From: Bdellovibrionales bacterium
GTDB taxonomy: Bacteria; Bdellovibrionota; Bdellovibrionia; Bdellovibrionales; UBA1609
Direction of reading: 5' to 3'
NCBI GenBank assembly: GCA_019695175.1
Contig: JAIBAM010000012.1
Coordinates: 24 to 64,023, forward strand
Length of the DNA stretch: 64,000 bases
Part shown: in pieces, positions 39,533-49,094 of the stretch
Layout of the letters: each line of letters opens with the position of its first letter
How positions within the stretch are numbered: position 1 is the first letter of the stretch
Notes under the pieces: generated by a model
Database searches by the model: none
Told to the model about the DNA's origin: nothing
What the model saw: the letters and a program-made list of their open reading frames with translations, nothing else
Made by a program: the position numbers and the translations under genes

Positions 39533-39620
39533 TTGAATCCTTCCAAATACGTCGACTTTTCTCACAAAGTGCAACCTCTTATAGCTAACAACACTGAAGT
39601 GTGATCCTCCAAAGCATCTC

Positions 39621-40178
39621 TTAAGGAATTAATCCGTCGTTGTTGGTTTCTTTGGCAAATTCTTTCTTGACCCACTCAGGAAGTTCCTTTTCATCAAAAA
39701 CGAGTTGATCCTTATTTAGTTTTGCGATTAGCTCGATTTGATCGCGAGGCAAGTCCACCTGAGAAGCAATTTCTTCAACGGATTTACCTGAATGCGCCAA
39801 CTGCGCGGCTTTTACATAATGAATTGTGCTTTGCCTTTCAATAATTTCTTGGTGGGGGATTTTATCTTGAAAAATTTCAGCCACTTCTTTGCACTTAATC
39901 ATCGACTGGTCAATGCGTTGTAACTGATGTTCTGATTCGATGATTTTATTTTGTAAGTGTCGTGCTTTTTGCTCCACAAGACCCGTCAGTTGTTTGACCT
40001 GGAGATCTGTACGGTCACTTAAGTCTTCAAGAATGGATATTTTGCTTTGAAGCAGCTGTAGACCGCGACTGAGGCGAGGATCATCCTTTGGCGGTCTTTT
40101 AAACTGCAACCATAACAGGGCTAATCCCGAAATTAAAAATACATCCAATAGAATTTGTAAAGCTAAAGCCAAACTCAT
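39621..40178 (-). CDS. Membrane-anchored coiled-coil protein with a C-terminal HTH-like segment (DUF2802-like?)
   Basis: N-terminal TM helix, a coiled coil, then 'GKSVEEIASQVDLPRDQIELIAKL'. The family guess is weak. Confidence 0.5.
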   Translation of the reverse strand: MSLALALQILLDVFLISGLALLWLQFKRPPKDDPRLSRGLQLLQSKISILEDLSDRTDLQVKQLTGLVEQKARHLQNKIIESEHQLQRIDQSMIKCKEVAEIFQDKIPHQEIIERQSTIHYVKAAQLAHSGKSVEEIASQVDLPRDQIELIAKLNKDQLVFDEKELPEWVKKEFAKETNNDGLIP

Positions 40179-40290
40179 AGAACCCCTCTTAAACCCTTTC
40201 GTAAAGGCTCACTTTGTCAGATTCGTAAAAAGACACCCTTCAAGTATAAGGCCAAAATCTTTGCGTTTGCACGATAATATCCGTAAAAAA

Positions 40291-41496
40291 TTATTTACTG
40301 TTTAACAATTCCTTCATGCGGGTCATAGCTTCAGCAAATCGATTTTCTTGAATCACAAAGCTTAATCGCATATAGCCCTCCATTCCAAACTCAACGCCGG
40401 GGACTACTGCTACCATTTTTTCTTCCAGAAGGAGCTCTGCAAAGTCACGACTACCATTGATCATCCGCCCTGATATTTTTTTTCCGATAAAAGATTTCAT
40501 CGAGGGCCAAAGATAAAAGGCCCCCTTGGGCAAATCCACTTCGATGCCAGGGATGGAAGACAATAGTTCAAAAGCCTTAAATCCTCTTTCACTTAGTTTT
40601 TGCACGGATTTAACCACAGCAGCATCGCTCTGCTTAAGTGCAGCAAGTGCTGCCAATTGAGTGAAAGGACTAGCACAGGAAACTGACTGACTAAAATAGT
40701 TTGTAATAGCGCTGATTAAAACTTGAGGTCCAAGGGCCCAACCCAACCGCCAACCGGTCATCGAGTAGGTTTTTGAGGCTCCATTAACGATGAGGACACG
40801 GTCTTTTAAATCCGGTGCCACTTGAAGTAGATGGGGTGCTTCTTCTCCTAGTTTGTGACTTACAATCAGGCGATGGTAAATATCATCACTGAGGATCGTT
40901 ACTTCTGGAAATTCTCGTAAGACTTCCGCCAGAGCTGAAAGTTCTTGTGCGGTATACATTTCTCCCGTGGGATTGCTTGGTGAGTTTAAAATAAAAACCT
41001 TGGTTTTTTTATTTAATGAGTCTCTGAGCTGAGAAGCTGTAATTTTAAAGCTTTGCTCCTTTTCACAAAGGACAATTTTAGGTGTGGCTCCAGCCAATTC
41101 AACCATTGTGGGATAGCTGACCCAAAAAGGTGCAGGAATTAAAACCTCATCATTTGGGTCACATAACACTTGGAGTGCGGCAAATAAAACCATTTTACCA
41201 CCAGCAGAAACTGTCACATCTTGGGCTTTATATGGAACTCCAAGCTGCTGACTGGTTTTTTCAGCAATTATCTGGCGTAATTCAGGAATTCCATTGGCCG
41301 GAGCGTACTTGGTTTGTCCTGATTGAATGGCCGAAATGGCAGCTTCTTTGATCTCAGTGAAAGTGTCCCAATCCGGCTCCCCAACCGTCAATGAAATCAC
41401 ATCTTTCCCTTGACTGGTTAGTTCTTTGGCTTTTGCGGCTAATGCCAAAGTGGGAGAGGGCTTCAAGGATTGGGCGCGAAGTGACAGTTTTAACAT
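40291..41496 (-). CDS. Class I pyridoxal-phosphate-dependent aspartate aminotransferase
   Basis: 'NSPSNPTG' and the PLP-lysine motif 'NGASKTYSMTGWRLGW'. Confidence 0.88.
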   Translation of the reverse strand: MLKLSLRAQSLKPSPTLALAAKAKELTSQGKDVISLTVGEPDWDTFTEIKEAAISAIQSGQTKYAPANGIPELRQIIAEKTSQQLGVPYKAQDVTVSAGGKMVLFAALQVLCDPNDEVLIPAPFWVSYPTMVELAGATPKIVLCEKEQSFKITASQLRDSLNKKTKVFILNSPSNPTGEMYTAQELSALAEVLREFPEVTILSDDIYHRLIVSHKLGEEAPHLLQVAPDLKDRVLIVNGASKTYSMTGWRLGWALGPQVLISAITNYFSQSVSCASPFTQLAALAALKQSDAAVVKSVQKLSERGFKAFELLSSIPGIEVDLPKGAFYLWPSMKSFIGKKISGRMINGSRDFAELLLEEKMVAVVPGVEFGMEGYMRLSFVIQENRFAEAMTRMKELLNSK

Positions 41497-41647
41497 CGTG
41501 TGAGTCCTTTGTAAGGTTGGGTGGTGATTTTTTTGTCTTATATAACTTAATTTATTTATAATTTACATGGGAAATAATTTCTTACTCATTTTTTCTGCGG
41601 TCTGGATCAGCTATCGCCTTACATATATATCCAGGCTCATAACCTTT

Positions 41648-42163
41648 TTATCGACTCCTGTAAATCTTAGATTGAAGCGCTTGAACGACGGGTTGAGGAA
41701 CCAATTCTTTCAAAGTGCCCCCGCACAAAGCCACCTCTTTAACCATACGAGAAGAAACAAAACTGTATTCGGGTCTGGTGAAAACAATTTTTGTTTCTAT
41801 TTCAGGGGCCAACTTACGATTCATATTTGCCATAGCAAACTCATACTCAAAATCTGCCACAGCACGAAGCCCTCTTAATATGACTTTAGCTCCTGCTTTA
41901 CGGGCATAATCAACAGTCAAACCATCAAAGTCCGCTACCCGAACATTGTGTTGATTGGGGAGGCTTTCCTTTACCAATTTTTTGCGTTCTTCTGAAGTAA
42001 ACATGTATGATTTATGCATAGAGTTGGCAACCAACACAATGATTTCCTGATAAAAGTCGGCTAACCTTACAATTAAATCCACATGCCCCATGGTGATAGG
42101 GTCAAAACTACCCGGGTAAATGGCGATGGTCGACTGCAAAGCCTTATGTTCTCGATCTTCCAT
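41648..42163 (-). CDS. coaD: Phosphopantetheine adenylyltransferase
   Basis: 'IAIYPGSFDPITMGHVDLI' is the nucleotidyltransferase (H/T)xGH motif. 171 aa. Confidence 0.92.
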   Translation of the reverse strand: MEDREHKALQSTIAIYPGSFDPITMGHVDLIVRLADFYQEIIVLVANSMHKSYMFTSEERKKLVKESLPNQHNVRVADFDGLTVDYARKAGAKVILRGLRAVADFEYEFAMANMNRKLAPEIETKIVFTRPEYSFVSSRMVKEVALCGGTLKELVPQPVVQALQSKIYRSR

Positions 42164-42273
42164 AAATAAATCTCCAAAGGATGAAAGAATCCTTGCCGCT
42201 TATACAGCAATGGTTTGTGGTTCTGCAATGCAAAGTCTTATGTGGCTCTCACTTCCCAACGGGACTAGGATTT

Positions 42274-42861
42274 TCAATCCTGAGGCTCGGGTGCTTGACC
42301 TTTGCAGTCTTTTTCCAAAATAAAAAAATGAGCCAATTTGTCACCAAAACGCCGCGTGGACCATCTTTTCAAAGGAAGGTAATCCTCATCTACACGTTCT
42401 TGACGACTGGATTCAATAACGACTATTCCTTGAGGCGCCAAAAGGGAGTGGTGCAGGGCTAATGTGGATAAAACCTCATGGGCCCATTGCTTTGTGAAAG
42501 GTGGATCGGCAATAATAATTTGAAAAGGTTCCCCTGTAAAATTTTTAATATATTTAAAAACATCCATATTTACGATTTGAATGCCAGAAATGATTTTAAG
42601 CTTCGATAAATTTTTATGGATAATCTGTATGGATTTTGGATGGATCTCCACAGTAACGACAGCTCTAGCTCCACGAGAAATAGATTCTATGGCAAGGCCA
42701 CCTGTACCAGAGAATAAATCAAGGACTCGAGATTCTTCTATATAAGGCGACAAAATATTAAATAAAGTTTCTTTGACTCGATCTGTTGTTGGTCGGATAT
42801 GATCTTGATCAAATGAAACTAACTGTAGACCCTTATATTTTCCAGAAATAACACGCATCAC
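42274..42861 (-). CDS. rsmD: 16S rRNA (guanine966-N2)-methyltransferase
   Basis: 'MRVISGKYKG', 'DLFSGTGGLAIESISRGA' and 'IIADPPF' motifs. Confidence 0.88.
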   Translation of the reverse strand: MMRVISGKYKGLQLVSFDQDHIRPTTDRVKETLFNILSPYIEESRVLDLFSGTGGLAIESISRGARAVVTVEIHPKSIQIIHKNLSKLKIISGIQIVNMDVFKYIKNFTGEPFQIIIADPPFTKQWAHEVLSTLALHHSLLAPQGIVVIESSRQERVDEDYLPLKRWSTRRFGDKLAHFFILEKDCKGQAPEPQD

Positions 42862-42862
42862 A

Positions 42863-43222
42863 TTATCCTATAAGAGAAAGAAATCTTTCCAATTCAAATT
42901 TAAAACCACTGCTCAAGTTTAAAAATTGTAGCTCACACAAACGCTGAATTCGATTTCCATTGGAGTCAGCTTTAGGGAGGAATTGGTCATATGTTTTGAC
43001 TGCTTTAGCGTAGATCTGAATGTTTGAATGGAGAACAGGGAGTTCAAAGGTGCACTGGCATTCATCACCAATTTTGATAAAATTTTGTTTGAGATCTACA
43101 ATGGCTCCTCTGGTATTTAGATTCAGAATTTGCATTGTCACTTGTTTTCCGCCCCAGTTCAATTCAGCTGAAAACGGAAATGGTTTTACCTTTTTAACTC
43201 GTGCACTTGAGCTTTGTCCCAT
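42863..43222 (-). CDS. PilZ-like small protein with degenerate c-di-GMP-binding motifs
   Basis: 119 aa with PilZ-like beta-barrel patterning. 'RVKKV' replaces RxxxR and 'NLNTRG' replaces (D/N)xSxxG. The C-terminus 'ELQFLNLSSGFKFELERFL' is PilZ-like. Confidence 0.5.
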   Translation of the reverse strand: MGQSSSARVKKVKPFPFSAELNWGGKQVTMQILNLNTRGAIVDLKQNFIKIGDECQCTFELPVLHSNIQIYAKAVKTYDQFLPKADSNGNRIQRLCELQFLNLSSGFKFELERFLSLIG

Positions 43223-43265
43223 AACCTAGTCTCCTATTTGAACTGATCCAACACTCTATAAAGGT

Positions 43266-45092
43266 TCATTCCTTGCAAAGCAAAAGGAAAATAAAGACAG
43301 TGGTTCCCTTACCTAATTCAGATTTCAACTCCATATGGCCTTTAAATTTTTCAATGACCTTTTGGCAGAGACTCAATCCCAAGCCGGTTCCTTGTCCGTT
43401 TTTTTTTGTGGTGAAAAAAGGCATAAATACAAATGGAAGGTCTTCTGGAGAGATTCCTGAACCCGTGTCACCTATAGCCAGAGACCAACAAGGTTTTTTA
43501 TTCCATTCAGTGGATTGAATGTGAATCGATAGTGTTCCTTTGGTTTCCATAGATTGGATGGCGTTTTTAATTATATTAAATAAAACTTGATTGAAAAGGA
43601 TCGGGTCAACAAGGGTGCGGGGATGCTCTACTTCTGAAGTCATAAGAACTTGATGAGACATCAAGCTCACCTTAAATAACTGAAGACACTCTTCTATGGC
43701 ACTAGTTATTGAGGTTGGTTGTAAAAAACTGTCAGCTCCATTGGGGATGAGAGTTCCAAGGCTCTGTAGAATTTGTTGTGATTTCTGGGCTGAGTTATAA
43801 ATTTCAGTTAAATTATTTTTTGTTTGTTTCGAAAGGGAAGGTTCATGGAGCCCTAAAGCAACACCTTGTTCAATTTCTGAAAATAAAGGAAGAAGATTTT
43901 GTTTCAAACCTTGGAATAAAAAACTGAGCGACTCTATTTTTCTTTTTTGTAACCAACGCTCTTCTAAGGAAAGAGCTTGAGTTATATTTTTAAAACAATA
44001 GATGGTACCTCTACCAAAATTTTTATTCTCTAAAAGAACCGACATGGTTTCAATAGCAAAAATTTTATGGTTAAAAAAGATAACTTTTTTATTATTAATG
44101 GCATTTTGCCAAACCGAATTATTTTCAGAAAATGTTTCATCAAAGGCTGTGTTGGTTCTAAGAACAGTGTTTTCATTGGAAACCACAACGATGGGATCTT
44201 TTATTTGGTCAAAAGTAGCACTCCAAATTTTTTGCGAATGTTTTAGGTTCCTTAGCATGACAAGGTTGTTGTAGGTGTTTTTGAGCGCGACAAAATGGCT
44301 ACTCCAAAGAGTTTCCCAACTATTTATTTGGTCCTGGGTCCATTTATTTCTAAAGATCAAGGCTCCCTTCTCAGGAAGGAATGAATCCGAAGGATGCAAA
44401 GGAAAACAAATCTGAGTTCCATTTAAGAGATGCGTATTTACTGAGGAATCGGATTCGTTGATGCAATCCAAGGGGTTAAATTTTTCTAGCTGTTCCCAGT
44501 TCACAGAGATAATTTTTTTTACAAGATGGGTGTTTTGAAAATAGAACATTTCGTTCTCATTGAGCATTTTATTTTCTGAAATTAAAAATACTTCCCCCAT
44601 TCTATGAAACTTCTGAAATTCTTTATGAATAATTGCAACAAAATCGTTCATATTTTTACTCTCTGAGAGCTCATATAAGAACTGAGAACATTTTTGATCA
44701 CTTGTTTCGTACTTCTTAATAACGCTATTTTGAAATCTTTGTTTCGATAAATTAAGAGCTTGATTGAAAACATATTGAATTTTCTCTGGGCCTTCGTTGC
44801 GAGCAATATAAAAATCAATTCCTTGCGAATTAAGTTCGCTCCATGACACAATACATTTTCTTAAATCCATGGGACCAAAGCAGATGGTGACCGGGCGACT
44901 TTCCTGATTAAAGGAAGTTACGTAATTTGAAAAAAAAAGAGGACTTTTATAAAGATCAAAGCAATGAACTTTATATCTGTCGTTTGAAAACTGCGCACTA
45001 CTAAACTCAAATTTTTTATTTACATCTTGCCACCAAATAGGGGAGATCTCTTGATCGCTTATATAATAAAATAAATTTGATTCTAATCTCAT
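43266..45092 (-). CDS. Soluble PAS-like / HATPase_c histidine-kinase-like protein with a degenerate H-box
   Basis: N, G1, F and G2 boxes are present (FNIIKNAIQSM, DTGSGI, FMPFFTTK, GTGLGLS). The expected H-box position reads 'ESLSFLFQGLKQNLLPL', with no His. No TM helix. Confidence 0.7.
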   Translation of the reverse strand: MRLESNLFYYISDQEISPIWWQDVNKKFEFSSAQFSNDRYKVHCFDLYKSPLFFSNYVTSFNQESRPVTICFGPMDLRKCIVSWSELNSQGIDFYIARNEGPEKIQYVFNQALNLSKQRFQNSVIKKYETSDQKCSQFLYELSESKNMNDFVAIIHKEFQKFHRMGEVFLISENKMLNENEMFYFQNTHLVKKIISVNWEQLEKFNPLDCINESDSSVNTHLLNGTQICFPLHPSDSFLPEKGALIFRNKWTQDQINSWETLWSSHFVALKNTYNNLVMLRNLKHSQKIWSATFDQIKDPIVVVSNENTVLRTNTAFDETFSENNSVWQNAINNKKVIFFNHKIFAIETMSVLLENKNFGRGTIYCFKNITQALSLEERWLQKRKIESLSFLFQGLKQNLLPLFSEIEQGVALGLHEPSLSKQTKNNLTEIYNSAQKSQQILQSLGTLIPNGADSFLQPTSITSAIEECLQLFKVSLMSHQVLMTSEVEHPRTLVDPILFNQVLFNIIKNAIQSMETKGTLSIHIQSTEWNKKPCWSLAIGDTGSGISPEDLPFVFMPFFTTKKNGQGTGLGLSLCQKVIEKFKGHMELKSELGKGTTVFIFLLLCKE

Positions 45093-45099
45093 ATTGGTT

Positions 45100-46146
45100 T
45101 TAATTAGAGATCGACAAGGGTTTTTCCCGAATCATGGAAAAAAGAGTTAAAGCACTCCGGTTTTGAGGGTTTAGCGTAAGCGTGCGTTCTAACTCAAGTA
45201 GCGATTGCCTATTAAGACCCTTTAAAAAAAAGAGTTGTGCGAGAGCTAGACTCATTTTCTCGTCCATAAAATTTTGTGCAAGATATGCTTTTAGCCATGA
45301 AATAACTAAATTATATTTTTGATCATTAACCACCCAACTTAGGGCTAATTCCAAGGCCGTTTCTTGAGTGGGGTTGAGATCAATGGATTTTTCTAAGTTG
45401 GCCCAACTAAGCTCCTTGTCGCCATAGTGCCTGTGAACCAATGCTAAGCCAACCCATGCGGGGTCATAGTCACTGGTAAATAGAATGGCTTGACACAGTT
45501 TTTCTTGAGCCGCTTTCCATTGATTGAGCTGGATGTCTAATGTGGCTAAGTTGGTTAACAACACTGAATCAAAAGAATTCAGTCGAAATGCTTTATGATA
45601 ACAATCCTGCGCTAAATCTATATTTTGAACTTTAAGGTAAATATTCCCCATAGTTTTATAAATATTAAATAGATTTAGTTTTTCTTGTCCGAGACTTTGC
45701 AAAGCAATATAAAAATACTTAAGAGCTTCTTTTTCTTGACCATTTTTGTACAGAGTATGGGCTAGGTTTTCAATGTGCAACGGATGGTCATCGATTTTGA
45801 ATAGGGTTTCATTCAGTTGCAATAGCTCTTCATTTCGGTTTAATTTTTCTGCACAAAAGATAGCTTTTTTTATAAATTCCAAACAATAAGGTGATTTATT
45901 TAACAATTGTCGTAATAGCTTATAAGAGGATGAATACTCTTGATGTTTTAGGAGCCAACAGGCTATGCTAAAAGTTTGTTTAATTTTAGGTTCTTTAGGA
46001 AAATTATCTTTCAGATTTTCCTGGTCGAAGACTGTTATTTTTTTTTCGAGCAATGAGTTTGAGGTTACCTTTTGGTGCCGAAAACGAGGACTCGGGTTGA
46101 GTTCATTTGTATAAAATGACTCTTGTTTAGAAAAAATCCCTTGCAT
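45100..46146 (-). CDS. TPR-repeat protein
   Basis: Repeated 34-aa TPR-like units (e.g. 'AQDCYHKAFRLNSFD', 'ANLEKSIDLNPTQ', 'LELERTLTLNPQN'). ATG at 46146 is preceded by GGAGG; the track TTG at 46218 is less likely. Confidence 0.7.
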   Translation of the reverse strand: MQGIFSKQESFYTNELNPSPRFRHQKVTSNSLLEKKITVFDQENLKDNFPKEPKIKQTFSIACWLLKHQEYSSSYKLLRQLLNKSPYCLEFIKKAIFCAEKLNRNEELLQLNETLFKIDDHPLHIENLAHTLYKNGQEKEALKYFYIALQSLGQEKLNLFNIYKTMGNIYLKVQNIDLAQDCYHKAFRLNSFDSVLLTNLATLDIQLNQWKAAQEKLCQAILFTSDYDPAWVGLALVHRHYGDKELSWANLEKSIDLNPTQETALELALSWVVNDQKYNLVISWLKAYLAQNFMDEKMSLALAQLFFLKGLNRQSLLELERTLTLNPQNRSALTLFSMIREKPLSISN

Positions 46147-46372
46147 GGTGAACCTCCATGAATATGGATTTAAAACATATTTGTGCCCTTCTATAAAAGA
46201 CAGCAAGAGTGATGCCAATTTTAGGATTGTATTTTTTTAAATTCATCGACATCGAAATTATTTTGAAATCGATCCGAAGTTTGAATTCAGATCAGGATTT
46301 TAGACCAGAAAAACCTCATAATTTTTGTCAAAACTTTGACGGAGAATTTTTACCACCAGCAAAAGTTTGACA

Positions 46373-46388
46373 ATTATAGGGGGGGGGG
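46373..46388 (-). promoter_or_regulatory. C10 homopolymer abutting a consensus TATAAT (candidate -10 with a slippage-prone spacer)
   Basis: The minus strand reads ...aaaagatt-CCCCCCCCCC-TATAAT-tgtcaaac. It lies about 230 nt upstream of the GGAGG-ATG (46146) of the TPR gene. No good -35 hexamer was found. Confidence 0.35.
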
Positions 46389-46521
46389 AATCTTTTGAGC
46401 TGAGGCTGTGACTACAGTTGCCAGTTACAGCTTCCCCAGGCAATCCACTTTAAAGATTTGCTCCCATGTTCGTCTTAACGAAGGTCTACCAACTTCGATT
46501 TTAAAAAAAAGAACTTTTCAA

Positions 46522-46947
46522 CTATATCTTTTCATCTAAATTTTTATCTAACCCTTTTTCTCCGTAAGCTCTAACGGCCCTACGAGCCACCTTGATTTGA
46601 CTGAGTTCTTTAATAAGATTTGATTTTGTCGTTTCTAAAACAGAAATTATTTGAAGATCTTGAGCCAGAATTTTATTCACAACATCATTTTTTTTCTTCA
46701 GCAAGGTGGAAACTTTATTTTTTAAGTTTTCATCAATAACTGAAGATTCGGAATCGGATTGACTAGAATGCTCTATCAATCGATCAATACATCGGATCAG
46801 ATCTAAAATTGATTCTCGCGAGTTATAAAATGCTTCCAAATTATCAAAATTTCCTTCTACAAAATGAATCAGTTCAATTTCATTTAATGCATAAAATCGA
46901 TTTAAATGCTCATTTTTTTCTTCTAAGAGTCTTAATATGTTTTCCAT
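46522..46947 (-). CDS. Coiled-coil protein downstream of fliS (possible FliT/FlgN-like export chaperone)
   Basis: 141-aa helical ORF immediately after fliS, with a ggaggg RBS. The function is inferred from position only. Confidence 0.4.
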   Translation of the reverse strand: MENILRLLEEKNEHLNRFYALNEIELIHFVEGNFDNLEAFYNSRESILDLIRCIDRLIEHSSQSDSESSVIDENLKNKVSTLLKKKNDVVNKILAQDLQIISVLETTKSNLIKELSQIKVARRAVRAYGEKGLDKNLDEKI

Positions 46948-47037
46948 TTACCCTCCATGGTAAATAATGGTTTATATTTCTTTCATCATCTAATTAATTT
47001 TTTTTAAACCCTGAGGTCTGATTTTTCCAATCACACC

Positions 47038-47442
47038 TTAAGATTTATTTAATAACTTTGAATTTTCACTTTCTTTTAATTTTTCTATGGCTCCTACCCA
47101 TCCCGCATATAAGGTTTCAAGAATTTTTAAGACATCAATTAAATGTGTTTTGTCACCCGAAATATTGGCTTGGGTGAGACGATCGGTCATAAACATATAA
47201 AGCTGTTCTAGATTTTTAGAAATGTCACCGCCCACTTTATGGTTTAAGGTATTATTGAGTTCCATCACAATATCGTATGCTCGACCGATATTGAGACCTC
47301 TTTCGGCAATGTCTTTGTTTTCACAAGCCAGAACACCTCTCTTTACATAACGAATCGCACCTTCATAGAGAAGCAAGAGGATTTTTTCGCGACTGGCACT
47401 TTGCACAGATGTTTCTTTATATTTATTATACGCTTGTTTCAT
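47038..47442 (-). CDS. fliS: Flagellar export chaperone FliS
   Basis: 'LLLLYEGAIRYVKRG', 'IGRAYDIVMELNNTL' and 'LYMFMTDRLTQANI' are typical of FliS. Confidence 0.88.
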   Translation of the reverse strand: MKQAYNKYKETSVQSASREKILLLLYEGAIRYVKRGVLACENKDIAERGLNIGRAYDIVMELNNTLNHKVGGDISKNLEQLYMFMTDRLTQANISGDKTHLIDVLKILETLYAGWVGAIEKLKESENSKLLNKS

Positions 47443-47493
47443 TTAATTCCCTCAAATACTTAAACACTACTTCGGTTTTTGTTTATAAACTCT

Positions 47494-48858
47494 TTATCCA
47501 AGTTTAGGTCCAGCTCCATTTGTAAATCCCGCAAGAGCTCCCCCTTGGGACTTAATTCGCGACATGGTTTCCTCCAATTGAGAGAATTTTCGTCGCAAAC
47601 TTTCTTCTTTGACCGCCAATTGCCTTTCTTTTCGAGCTATTTGATCATCCATTTGTGTGATCTGATCCTGGAGCCCTTTTCTTCTATTGGTGACCGGTCC
47701 AAAATTAATATTGAGTAAAGAATTAACTTCACGTTTTACCGCTGACATAAAGCCAGTAGAGTATCCATCGCCGGCAAGAAACTTTTGTACTGCGGTGGGA
47801 TCTTTTGTAAGAGTTTTATTAAATACATCTTCTTTATAATCCAAAGTTCCAGCACGATTGAATGTGATTCCTAGTTGACTCAGTCGATTGATAGTACCAA
47901 GACCAAACTGAGGATCTTGAATCAATCGTCGTAATCGATTCTCCACGGATCGCAGCAGTCCATCACCACCTAAGGTTTGACTGGTATCGGTGTCTTTATT
48001 TAAATTATTTTGTTGTTGAATAAATGAAAGTACGGCATTAACGGCATCAACAAATGTTTTTACTTTTCCGGTAACAACTTCTGAATTTTCTTTTACACTG
48101 ACATTAATTTGTCGTCCAGGTGCTGACTGTCTCAACTCTAGTGTGACTCCAGGGATGACGTCTTGAACTTTGTTATCATTAATTTCAAATTCAAAACCAT
48201 CTACTTTGACGGTACCATTCTTGGCCTCTCTTTTATCTTCAAAATAAATATCTTGATCTCCATCTAAAAAATATAACGTGGGATAGGTGATTCGATTGTC
48301 CCCACCGACATTTTCTCCTGAAATAACCAGTCGATATGGATTATCCGGATCTTTTCGATCATTCAATACAGTGGCTCTCACACCAATCCCCGCACCATTA
48401 ATGGATTCCGCAGCTTTCTCTAAAGTATTATTATTTTTGTTTATATAGACATCTTTATTGCCCTGAGATGTTTTAAAGCGAAAATATCCTGTTCCAATCT
48501 CTGTACTGTCTTTATCTGGAAATCCGTTGGTCAAGGCAGCTGCTTTTTGCGCTAATTCGACCACCTCCACATTCCAGCTCCCAGTAGCACCAACTTCGGG
48601 ATCAGCAACGCCCGATACTATATTGGGGTCACCTGAGTTGAGTTGAATGTCTTTAAATCCTTTTGTCGAAGCCAAAGTGGAGAGTGACGATGAAATTCCA
48701 TTGAGCTTGGTCTCTAAATCTTTTACTAATTTTATTTTATTTTCTTGTTTTTGTTTTTTGGCTTCTAAATTTTTTATGGGAATTTTCTCGGCTTCAATCA
48801 ATTGATCGACGATATTTGAAGGCAGTCCTGTGTTGATACTTCCTAGTGATATTCCCAA
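47494..48858 (-). CDS. fliD: Flagellar filament capping protein FliD
   Basis: N-terminal 'GISLGSINTGLPSNIVDQLIEAEKIPI' and C-terminal 'QIARKERQLAVKEESLRRKFSQLEETMSRIKSQ'. TTG start. Confidence 0.88.
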   Translation of the reverse strand: MGISLGSINTGLPSNIVDQLIEAEKIPIKNLEAKKQKQENKIKLVKDLETKLNGISSSLSTLASTKGFKDIQLNSGDPNIVSGVADPEVGATGSWNVEVVELAQKAAALTNGFPDKDSTEIGTGYFRFKTSQGNKDVYINKNNNTLEKAAESINGAGIGVRATVLNDRKDPDNPYRLVISGENVGGDNRITYPTLYFLDGDQDIYFEDKREAKNGTVKVDGFEFEINDNKVQDVIPGVTLELRQSAPGRQINVSVKENSEVVTGKVKTFVDAVNAVLSFIQQQNNLNKDTDTSQTLGGDGLLRSVENRLRRLIQDPQFGLGTINRLSQLGITFNRAGTLDYKEDVFNKTLTKDPTAVQKFLAGDGYSTGFMSAVKREVNSLLNINFGPVTNRRKGLQDQITQMDDQIARKERQLAVKEESLRRKFSQLEETMSRIKSQGGALAGFTNGAGPKLG

Positions 48859-49094
48859 AAAATAACCCTATTTTCTTTTATTCATTGTTTGACGAAACTA
48901 AACCTATATTTCATTATCGCGCACTTTCATTCTTAAAAGTGAGTCAATTAGTTGGCTTAGACGATGGTCTTTTTAAAAAAATTTTTTGGAATTTTAACCT
49001 ATTTTTAATAACGTAAAATTACTGCTATCACAGGATTTCCGAACAGTTGCTTACAGTCTATTTGGATTTGGATTTGGATTTTAATCTGGTAAAA

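Noticed and set aside
48914-48950. Sigma-28 promoter upstream of fliD based on GCGATAA
   Set aside because: No TAAA-type -35 element lies at the required ~15-nt spacing. It is mentioned only as a weak lead.
49064-49081. (GGATTT)3 microrepeat as a CRISPR-like or regulatory repeat
   Set aside because: It is only three 6-nt units with no spacers, so it is a simple microsatellite in the flaG-fliD spacer.
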